A DNA stretch of 28,817 bases. Source: a virus. Taxonomy: Duplodnaviria > Caudoviricetes. The stretch covers positions 1 to 28,817 of the IMG/VR virus record IMGVR_UViG_3300016649_000188, one strand, 5' to 3'. The position numbers were made by a program, and so were the translations under genes. The notes below the pieces were generated by a model that was given only the letters and a program-made list of their open reading frames with translations, was not told the DNA's origin and searched no databases. Positions within the stretch are counted from its first letter, which is position 1. Every line of letters starts with the position of its first letter. This document shows positions 1 through 6,185 of the stretch, one piece after another.

Positions 1-10
1 CGGCCACGAT

Positions 11-430
11 CTACGAACGGTCAACGGCGGCGGCCAGGTAGGCAAGCGCAGCCGCGACGACCTCGCCACCATGGTCAGCGGCGACAGCGGCGCAGACTTC
101 AGCGATGGTCGTGGCGACGTACGCGTCTGCGCCGTCAAACTTTCTGATGTTGATCTGCCAGCCGTCGACGGTGCGGTGCAACGTGATCGACCGGAAGTCG
201 GCGACGCGGTCAATCCATGCGATGTCGCTCCGGCTCTGCACAACACCGTTGCCGGCCACCCAGGCGCGGCCGGACACCCTGGCGTAGCCGAAGACCCTGG
301 CGTTGCCGCACACCCTGGCGTCGCCGGACACCATGGCGTCGCCGTACACCTCGGCGTCGCCGTACACCATGGCGTAGCCGAACACCAAGGCGTCGCCGAG
401 TACGTGCTGCGCCGTGTTCACGTCGCTCAT
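11..430 (-). CDS. Hexapeptide-repeat (VxGdAx) left-handed beta-helix-like phage protein, 139 aa
   Basis: Tandem VLGDAL/VFGYAM/VYGDAE/VYGDAM/VSGDAR/VCGNAR/VFGYAR/VSGRAW units. ATG at 430 overlaps the upstream stop (ATGA) and has a GGAGGG RBS. Confidence 0.75.
   Translation of the reverse strand: MSDVNTAQHVLGDALVFGYAMVYGDAEVYGDAMVSGDARVCGNARVFGYARVSGRAWVAGNGVVQSRSDIAWIDRVADFRSITLHRTVDGWQINIRKFDGADAYVATTIAEVCAAVAADHGGEVVAAALAYLAAAVDRS
258..402 (-). repeat. Imperfect 18-bp coding tandem repeat (about 8 units)
   Basis: Recurrent cacc(a/c)tggcgt(c/a)gccg units on the plus strand encode the hexapeptide repeats. Confidence 0.8.
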
Positions 431-912
431 CTGACCCTCCAAGGGTTCGTACCGGCCGCCTCAAACAGGTCCCGTGCCGCAGCGAGATTGCACCAGGCGT
501 CGGACCAGTCAGACGGCCGGCAGCCGACCGTCACCAGACGGTTCGCATGCAACGACATGAGCAGCTGCATGAGGCCGCGTGCCGAGCTGCTCCGGTTCGC
601 TGCTGTCGGCTGGCACCTGGACTCGCGCCACGCGACGGCGACAGCGTCCGGCCAGTCAGGAAACATGTGGCCGATCAGCTCTTCGTAGGGACACGGACGT
701 GACGGGTCCGGCGGGAAACTCACCGTGGCGGCAAAGCGCTGCCACTGTGGTGTTGCCATCGCCGCAGCAATCCACCTGAGTGCTGCCTGCCGGTCTGCGA
801 CCGTCGCCTGCGGTGCTCGAGGAGCCGAGATCCGCACGTCTAGGTTCGGTGTCGCTGGCGCGAACGACAGGCCGATGGTGGTGGCGACGGTCATGGCGAG
901 GCGCCGCAACAT
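427..912 (-). CDS. Secreted lytic transglycosylase (SLT/lysozyme-like fold), 161 aa
   Basis: N-terminal RR plus hydrophobic signal-like stretch (MLRRLAMTVATTIGLSFAPA). Catalytic-type motif AWRES, GLMQ motif and terminal PW. ATG at 912 is coupled to the WhiB stop (TGATG) with a GAGGT RBS. Confidence 0.8.
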   Translation of the reverse strand: MLRRLAMTVATTIGLSFAPATPNLDVRISAPRAPQATVADRQAALRWIAAAMATPQWQRFAATVSFPPDPSRPCPYEELIGHMFPDWPDAVAVAWRESRCQPTAANRSSSARGLMQLLMSLHANRLVTVGCRPSDWSDAWCNLAAARDLFEAAGTNPWRVR

Positions 913-1175
913 CACGCCGACCTCGGCATGACTCGGCGCATCCGTCGGCGGTCTTTCTCGTAGAGGCCGCCTCGGATGCCTTTGTCGTCGAGCGAGGCGT
1001 GAGCGAACGCGTCGGCGAGACATTCGGCGGTCACGTCACACGTCCGGCAGATCTTGACCGCCTGCTCGGACTTGCCGCCTTTCGGCGGGAACCAGAGCGC
1101 CAGGTCGAGGCCGCGGCACGCCGCCTTGACCCGCCAGTCGTCCGGGTTCGACCAGTAGTCGACGGTGGTGGTCAT
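912..1175 (-). CDS. whiB: WhiB family Fe-S transcriptional regulator, 87 aa
   Basis: W...AAC, FP, C-x2-C-x5-C (CRTCDVTAEC), GIRGG turn motif and a basic C-terminus. Confidence 0.93.
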   Translation of the reverse strand: MTTTVDYWSNPDDWRVKAACRGLDLALWFPPKGGKSEQAVKICRTCDVTAECLADAFAHASLDDKGIRGGLYEKDRRRMRRVMPRSA

Positions 1176-1309
1176 CGCCGGCCTCGGCGGAGCGTGCCGT
1201 CAGCGTCGAACCAGCGGCCGGTGAACGCACAGACCGCCACGACCGCCGCCATGACGGCGACGTAGGTGCCGATCTCGGCGGCGATGTCGAGCCACATGTC
1301 GACAGTCAC
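1172..1309 (-). CDS. Small single-pass membrane protein, 45 aa (not in the ORF track)
   Basis: Manual translation MTVDMWLDIAAEIGTYVAVMAAVVAVCAFTGRWFDADGTLRRGRR. GTGA overlap with the upstream stop and ATGA overlap with the whiB start fill the gap exactly. Confidence 0.7.
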   Translation of the reverse strand: MTVDMWLDIAAEIGTYVAVMAAVVAVCAFTGRWFDADGTLRRGRR

Positions 1310-1593
1310 GGGATCGCCGGTGTGTCAACGGCCGCTTGGCGTGCCGCCTTGGCCGCAGCGGACGACCGGCGTGCTGCGGCCAGGAACTCGACGTCACGGA
1401 CGTGGTAGCGGCGTGCGCCGGTCGGCCGGTCCCGGCGAGGGATCAACGTCCCGGCCGCAGACCAGTTCCTCAGCGTCTGCGTCGTGACGCCAAGGATCCC
1501 GGCGGCCTGAGCCGGGGTCAGCCAGTCAGCCGGGTCGAACACCTCAGCGCCGTCGTAGCTGGTCGTGACGTTGGTCAGGTCGGTGTGTGTCAT
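1306..1593 (-). CDS. MerR-superfamily (BldC/excisionase-like) HTH protein in the Cro position, 95 aa
   Basis: WLTPAQAAGILGVTTQTLRNWSAAGTL...GARRY matches the BldC/Xis pattern. It is divergent from the repressor, and ATG 1593 lies 7 nt after a -10-like hexamer. Confidence 0.82.
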   Translation of the reverse strand: MTHTDLTNVTTSYDGAEVFDPADWLTPAQAAGILGVTTQTLRNWSAAGTLIPRRDRPTGARRYHVRDVEFLAAARRSSAAAKAARQAAVDTPAIP

Positions 1594-1629
1594 GCGGCAC
1601 ACCTTGACGGATGACAAAAGAGCTGTCAA
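1594..1629 (-). promoter_or_regulatory. Early leftward sigma70-type promoter, probably leaderless
   Basis: TTGACA (1629-1624), 17-nt spacer, CAAGGT (1606-1601), 7 nt, then ATG (1593). No SD sequence is present. Confidence 0.65.
1612..1628. promoter_or_regulatory. Candidate 17-bp operator TGACA-N7-TGTCA
   Basis: Perfect 5-bp inverted half-sites overlap the -35 of the leftward promoter, between divergent regulator genes. Confidence 0.45.
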
Positions 1630-1649
1630 GCACCTTCTCCCCCACCGGC

Positions 1650-1677
1650 TTGCTTTTTGCGTTTTGCGTTTTAGGGT
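1650..1677 (+). promoter_or_regulatory. Candidate repressor/integrase promoter
   Basis: TTGCTT (1650-1655), 16 nt, TAGGGT (1672-1677), followed by the AGGAGGT RBS (1688-1694) and ATG 1702. Confidence 0.5.
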
Positions 1678-1701
1678 GGGTTGCGACAGGAGGTGCGAGA
1701 C

Positions 1702-1992
1702 ATGCGATCGTCGGCAGCGTTGCGCTGGACAATGGGTGACAGGCTCCGCAAGGCTCGCGAGGTCGCCGGGTTGACCCAGGCGGAAGTCGCAGCCGAGCTA
1801 CGCGCTCGAGGAATCAAGTGCAAAGGACACTCGACGGTGTCGATGTGGGAGACGGGGACGCAGCCGCGGAACTTGGAGCGGGTCCTTGAGGCGTGGGGAG
1901 ACATCTGCGACGTGCCGGCCGCCTGGCTGTTCTCCGGCGACGCGAACGCTTTAGCCCTATCTGGACAGTATGAAATCCGGTTAGTGGCGTAA
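1702..1992 (+). CDS. Immunity repressor, XRE/HTH_3 family, 96 aa
   Basis: WTMGDRLRKAREVAGLTQAEVA...STVSMWETG...CDVPAAWL is a classic XRE fold. Strong AGGAGGT RBS 7 nt upstream, and the gene is coupled to the integrase (TAATG). Confidence 0.9.
   Translation: MRSSAALRWTMGDRLRKAREVAGLTQAEVAAELRARGIKCKGHSTVSMWETGTQPRNLERVLEAWGDICDVPAAWLFSGDANALALSGQYEIRLVA
1957..1984. other. Candidate attP core inside the repressor 3' end
   Basis: AT-richer patch with an imperfect inverted repeat CTATCTGGA-N10-TCCGGTTAG (7/9 match) just upstream of the integrase start. The position is analogous to integration-dependent immunity phages. Confidence 0.35.
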
Positions 1993-2828
1993 TGTCCGAT
2001 TTGGGAATGCCGACAATGTCCTGCGTGGGACAATCTGTGGGACTGATCGACCGGCACATTGTGGCATGTGAACGTCGCGGCCTGCGTCCCACCACCCTCG
2101 CAACCCGCCGTTCCGTCCTCGTCCGGATCGTCGCTCGGTACGGTCCGCTCGACCAGCTCGACGGCGACGACCTGGCCGACTGGTGGGACCACCACACATC
2201 GTCGCCCGCGGCACGGAACGTCGACCTGTCGCATGTCCGGTCGTTTTACCGGTGGTTGCAACGCACCGGCGTCAGGTCAGACGACCCGACCGTCAACCTG
2301 GACCGTGCTCGAACACAACGGCGCCTGCCACGGCCGATCTCAGAAACAGACCTTGAGCATGCGATCCGTTTGGCGGACGGCCGGGTCTCCGCCTGGCTCA
2401 TCTTGGCGGCGTTCGCCGGGTTCCGTGCCTGCGAAATCGCCGGCCTGCGAGGCGAACATCTCGACTTCGACCGTCAGGTCCTGTTTGTTGCGGACGGCAA
2501 AGGCGGCCACCAACGCACCGTGCCGATGCACCCTCGGGTCGTGGACGTCCTCGCTGGCGCACCTGACGCCGGTCCTGTGTGGACGAATCGGTCTGGCCGG
2601 CCGATCACCCCGAACCTGGTGTCGGTCGTCGCCTGCGGCCATCTACGTGCATGTGGTGTCAATGCGACGTTGCATCAGTTGCGGCACCGGTTCGGGACGA
2701 GGGTCTATGCCGTGTCGCATGATTTGCGGGTGACGCAGGAACTGTTAGGTCATGCGTCACCGACGACCACTGCTGGCTATGTCGCGTGGTCTGAAGCGGC
2801 CGGCACCGCCGCCGTCGCGAGCCTGTAG
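1992..2828 (+). CDS. int: Tyrosine integrase, short (arm-less) type, 278 aa
   Basis: Catalytic residues R (FAGFRACEI), K (GKGG), HxxR (HQLRH), H (LLGH) and Y (TAGY). Length fits core-binding plus catalytic domains only. Confidence 0.93.
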   Translation: MSDLGMPTMSCVGQSVGLIDRHIVACERRGLRPTTLATRRSVLVRIVARYGPLDQLDGDDLADWWDHHTSSPAARNVDLSHVRSFYRWLQRTGVRSDDPTVNLDRARTQRRLPRPISETDLEHAIRLADGRVSAWLILAAFAGFRACEIAGLRGEHLDFDRQVLFVADGKGGHQRTVPMHPRVVDVLAGAPDAGPVWTNRSGRPITPNLVSVVACGHLRACGVNATLHQLRHRFGTRVYAVSHDLRVTQELLGHASPTTTAGYVAWSEAAGTAAVASL

Positions 2829-2837
2829 ACGCGACGA

Positions 2838-2865
2838 AGCCCCGCCCACCGAGGTGGACGGGGCT
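2838..2865. terminator. Hairpin terminator between convergent int and late operon
   Basis: AGCCCCGcCCAC-cgag-GTGGaCGGGGCT stem. The mismatch is a G-U pair on the minus-strand RNA, which continues TCGTCGCGT. Confidence 0.75.
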
Positions 2866-2888
2866 CCATCGTGCGCCGGGGAGGCGAA

Positions 2889-3101
2889 CTAGTAGGTCGG
2901 TTGAGATGGCGAGCCGAGCAGCCAGCCGATTGTCGGCCAGCGCCGTTCGGCGCATCTCACCGCCGCGTAATAGATGGCCGTAACCAGAGCTTGGACAGCA
3001 GCCGGGTCGAGGGACACGCCAGCCTTGACGGCTCCGGCGATGATCCATCCGACGAGGATCGGGACGACTGTTCGGACGAGGGAGGTTCGGACGTCGGCCA
3101 T
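2889..3101 (-). CDS. Holin-like two-TM membrane protein, 70 aa
   Basis: SLVRTVVPILVGWII...AIYYAAVRCAERRWPTIGWLLG...PTY. Two hydrophobic segments and a GGAAGGA RBS; last gene of the late operon. Confidence 0.7.
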   Translation of the reverse strand: MADVRTSLVRTVVPILVGWIIAGAVKAGVSLDPAAVQALVTAIYYAAVRCAERRWPTIGWLLGSPSQPTY

Positions 3102-3253
3102 GTGCGGTCCTTCCGATGAGTGAGACGGTCGATTTGCGATAACGCTCGGGTTTGGCGGCCTGGCTGGCCGCAGTTCCAGCAACACGTCGACGTCGCCCAC
3201 CCGATTTCGCAGCTTTCGCACCAACGGTCTGGGGTGCGGATCTCGTCAAGCAT
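2957..3253 (-). CDS. Possible Zn-ribbon protein (CxxC...CxxC)
   Basis: MLDEIRTPDRWCESCEIGWATSTCCWNCGQPG. The start overlaps the upstream stop and fills the 3102-3245 gap, but the frame runs 145 nt into the holin-like gene. Confidence 0.45.
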   Translation of the reverse strand: MLDEIRTPDRWCESCEIGWATSTCCWNCGQPGRQTRALSQIDRLTHRKDRTWPTSEPPSSEQSSRSSSDGSSPEPSRLACPSTRLLSKLWLRPSITRR

Positions 3254-3458
3254 CGTCGGTGTCGTCTTCGGTGTCGTCGTCGTCGCCGGCCTCAAGCTGC
3301 AACAACGCGACCTCGAGATAGGCGCGTAGTGCGATGATGTCGAGGTCGCCGCCATCGACCCACACTTCGACGTCGTGGGGTGCTGGTGATGTCCGGTCGA
3401 CGGTGATGACGATGTGTCGGGTGAGTGATTCTGGCGTCGGCGGCAGGTCAGCGGTCAT
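3246..3458 (-). CDS. Small acidic hypothetical protein, 70 aa
   Basis: ATGA-coupled to the phosphoesterase stop; acidic tail GDDDDTEDDTDDA. Confidence 0.65.
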   Translation of the reverse strand: MTADLPPTPESLTRHIVITVDRTSPAPHDVEVWVDGGDLDIIALRAYLEVALLQLEAGDDDDTEDDTDDA

Positions 3459-4687
3459 CGGACGACCTCGAGGCTGTCCCAGCCTGCGTCATGCACTCGG
3501 ACGGTCAGCGTCCCCGGGATAGTTGTCAGGCCGGTGGTGTCGGCCCACCATTTCCCGACCGGCGTCAACGACGGACAGATCATGGCGGTGCGGCCTTCCT
3601 GCGCTTTGACGTTCAGGTGGTGGTAGTGGCCGGTGATGAGCATGAACGCGTCGGCGACGCCGGGGTAGGAACGGCCCATCTGGTGGCCTTTCCACCATTC
3701 CCAGACGGCGTTGATGGGGAGGCCGGACTGGCGGCATTTGTGGCCGTGGGTGAACGCGACGATCTGTTGGCCGCATCCGATTGAGATAGCGAGACGGTCG
3801 TGTGGGAGCCGGACGGCGACGTGGCCGTAGACGGCCGGGTTTTCGGCGAGGCGTTCCGCGACGGACTCGAACACGGCGACGTCGTCGTTGTCGGCATCGT
3901 CCGTGATCGCTTTGCCGTTCTGGCGGTTTTCGCCGTGGTTGCCGCCAACGGCCGTCAACGTCATCCGGTCCGTCAACGGCGCTAAGGCTCGCACGACGTC
4001 ATAGATGCCACGTCTGACGATCCGCATCTGTTCGCGACGGTTCGCTTCCACCGAGAACGGCTGCGCCGGGTAGTGGCCGCAGACCCCTTCGACGAGGTCG
4101 CCCATGCCGGCGATGACGACATGGCCGACCGGCCGGGTCCGCCGCACGGTCCGTAACTGCCGGACGAGCAGGTCTGGCAGTGCGGCGATCGCCTCAAGTT
4201 GGGTGCGGACCCCGCCGGCGTCTTTGTTGCCGATCTGCCAGTCGGACAGGCACACAATCCAGGTGCCGTCGGTCGCGTCGGGACGTTTCCGGCCTGGTCG
4301 TGTTTTGCGGATCTCGGCGGCGAGCTGCTCGAGGTGCACGACCTCGGCGTCGTCGACGACCTCGGACCGGAGCCGGATCGTGGCACGGAACGAATAGCAG
4401 AGCGCCGAGTAGGCGTTCCCGTCCGGTGTGTCGCGCCGCCACCCATCCCACGAACACCACTGGACCGTCGACCCGTCCACCTCATAGATGGCAGGGTCAA
4501 GACCACGTTCTGCGAGCAGCGCCGACCAGTCGGACGGCGGACCGTCCAACGGCCTCGTGGTGATCGTCCCCGATGCAGTCCGGCCGTCCCAGGTGGCGCC
4601 TGGCGTCCACCCTGGCGGCGCCGCAGCTGGCAGCCGATCCTCAGGCCGGTCACCTGGCACGTCACCGAACAGATCAGCGATCGTCAC
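3455..4687 (-). CDS. Calcineurin-like metallophosphoesterase (Mre11/SbcD-like fold), 410 aa
   Basis: Five motifs in order: SDWQ (DxH variant), GDLVEG, GGNHGE, THGH, GHYHH. Confidence 0.85.
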   Translation of the reverse strand: MTIADLFGDVPGDRPEDRLPAAAPPGWTPGATWDGRTASGTITTRPLDGPPSDWSALLAERGLDPAIYEVDGSTVQWCSWDGWRRDTPDGNAYSALCYSFRATIRLRSEVVDDAEVVHLEQLAAEIRKTRPGRKRPDATDGTWIVCLSDWQIGNKDAGGVRTQLEAIAALPDLLVRQLRTVRRTRPVGHVVIAGMGDLVEGVCGHYPAQPFSVEANRREQMRIVRRGIYDVVRALAPLTDRMTLTAVGGNHGENRQNGKAITDDADNDDVAVFESVAERLAENPAVYGHVAVRLPHDRLAISIGCGQQIVAFTHGHKCRQSGLPINAVWEWWKGHQMGRSYPGVADAFMLITGHYHHLNVKAQEGRTAMICPSLTPVGKWWADTTGLTTIPGTLTVRVHDAGWDSLEVVR

Positions 4688-4934
4688 GACGTGCCGTCCA
4701 CTTTTGCCGTTCGCGCCAGTATCTGACCTGGGTCTCGGTCACGTCGCAGCCACACGCAACGAGTTGTCGCCAGAGCGCACGGACCGTCCAGTTCGGGTTC
4801 TGGAACGCGGCGATCACTGCCGTCCGGTCCGTTTCGTCGAGGTCATCGAGCCAGAGGTCGATTGTGGACCGCCAGTCCAGCGCACGACCTCGCCGGTGAC
4901 CTGGCGCGTCTAAGAATGCTTCCCCGACAGACAT
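4674..4934 (-). CDS. Hypothetical protein, possible HTH DNA-binding, 86 aa
   Basis: Helical pattern TVRALWRQLVACGCDVTETQVRYWR. GAGGGAG RBS; overlaps the phosphoesterase start. Confidence 0.6.
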   Translation of the reverse strand: MSVGEAFLDAPGHRRGRALDWRSTIDLWLDDLDETDRTAVIAAFQNPNWTVRALWRQLVACGCDVTETQVRYWRERQKWTARRDDR

Positions 4935-4951
4935 GACCGCTGTCTCCCTCG

Positions 4952-5251
4952 TTACGGGTGGCCGTCCAGATGGTCATCGACACGTTCCCCGACCCGGCGG
5001 ATCTCGCCAAGGATCGCCGCGAGCTGGCCGTCCAACTGGTCAGCTTTGTCATCCTCGGCCTGCATGTGCGCACGAAGATCCGACGCCAACGTCTTCACCG
5101 TCTCGGTCGTTTCTCGCATCTCACTATGAATCAGACGTGCGAGCGCAGCTCGGAGCGGACGCCACAACACCGCCAACGCCGCACCAGTCGCAGTGACTAG
5201 CGCCAACCATGATGTCGCGTCCGACACGAACTGCGGCACCGCGCCAATCAT
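4952..5251 (-). CDS. Lysis-cassette membrane protein (one TM plus coiled coil), 99 aa
   Basis: Hydrophobic WLALVTATGAALAVLW followed by a heptad-rich region ending HLDGHP; ATGA-coupled to the endolysin stop. Confidence 0.7.
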   Translation of the reverse strand: MIGAVPQFVSDATSWLALVTATGAALAVLWRPLRAALARLIHSEMRETTETVKTLASDLRAHMQAEDDKADQLDGQLAAILGEIRRVGERVDDHLDGHP

Positions 5252-5757
5252 GAGACCCGCCGCCGGTCGATCCACGCCTGCACATCATCGCCAGGACATG
5301 CCGTCGCTTTGGTCTCCCGATGCGTCGCGAACGCGAGCGGCCGGCCGAGCTTCATTGACCAGAGGTATTCGAGGGTGAGTGCTGCGTCTTGTGCTTTTGG
5401 GGTGAGGCGGTTCCGGCCGGTGAAGTCGCCGAGGAAGCAGATGCCGAGCAGGACCCGGTTCGCCGATGCGCCTTGCCATTCCCCGTCGGAGTGTGCGCCA
5501 AGCGCGGCGATGTTCCGGCCGGCGTAGATTTGGCCGGCGGGTCCGATCAGCGCGTTGTATGCGATGTCGGCGTAGCCGCGACTGTCCATGTGATAGGCCT
5601 GGAGGCCACGGACGACCGCAGCGCCAGTCTTGAACCGTGACGGCTGCTCGCCAGCGGAGTGGTGGTAGCAGACGCCTTGGATCTGGTTCAGCGACCTTGG
5701 CGTGGTTGCGCCTGGCGGCCGTGCTTTCCATCCGGCACGCGTCACAATCTTCGACAT
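5248..5757 (-). CDS. Endolysin, N-acetylmuramoyl-L-alanine amidase (Amidase_2/PGRP-like), 169 aa
   Basis: IVTRAGWKA, YHHSAG, HMDSRGYADIAYN, GAHS and HRETKATACPG supply the His/His/Cys zinc ligands. Confidence 0.9.
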   Translation of the reverse strand: MSKIVTRAGWKARPPGATTPRSLNQIQGVCYHHSAGEQPSRFKTGAAVVRGLQAYHMDSRGYADIAYNALIGPAGQIYAGRNIAALGAHSDGEWQGASANRVLLGICFLGDFTGRNRLTPKAQDAALTLEYLWSMKLGRPLAFATHRETKATACPGDDVQAWIDRRRVS

Positions 5758-5766
5758 CGTTGGCCT

Positions 5767-6174
5767 TTACTGTTCGGCGAGAGCTTCGACGGCGGTTGCG
5801 AGTTTGTCGAGCGCGACGGCGATGTCGGATCGGGTTGCGTTGACGGCGCCTCGCAGAACGGCGAGCGTGTTGGCCGATGTCGGATCTGCAATCGTTTCGG
5901 CGACAATGCGGATGTCGGCGGCGAGTGTCGCCGGGTCGACAGCGACCGGGTCAGGTTCGGGTGCCGGGACGTGCGCTGCGATCTGCGTCTGCCACGCGGT
6001 GACCGTCGAGCCTGGGAGTGCATTGTCGACCAGGACCGACACGACAGGCCCCGAAGGGAGTTCCCGCAGGTTGATGTCCACGATCGGCGGCGGGATCATC
6101 TGCCGCGTCGTCTGGACGATCTGCGGCCAACTGTATGTGGCGGGAAGCGACGCAACGTAGGTGACGCGAGGCAT
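5767..6174 (-). CDS. Hypothetical protein downstream of the tail fibre, 135 aa
   Basis: AGGAG RBS; fills the gap between fibre and lysin, with a helical C-terminus. Confidence 0.65.
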   Translation of the reverse strand: MPRVTYVASLPATYSWPQIVQTTRQMIPPPIVDINLRELPSGPVVSVLVDNALPGSTVTAWQTQIAAHVPAPEPDPVAVDPATLAADIRIVAETIADPTSANTLAVLRGAVNATRSDIAVALDKLATAVEALAEQ

Positions 6175-6185
6175 GGCAGATGCTC

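Noticed and set aside
258-402. Tandem repeats as a CRISPR array
   Set aside because: They are degenerate 18-bp coding units with no unique spacers and no cas genes.
1940-2000. tRNA or tmRNA fragment at the candidate attP
   Set aside because: No T-loop (GTTCRA) or cloverleaf arm is recognisable on either strand.
1992-2828. Host xerC/xerD call
   Set aside because: The catalytic motifs are shared, but the gene is coupled to a phage repressor and surrounded by phage genes.
2659-3249. 196-aa minus-strand ORF and other Arg/Pro-rich alternative-frame ORFs
   Set aside because: They have low-complexity off-frame composition, overlap better-supported genes, and cross the terminator.
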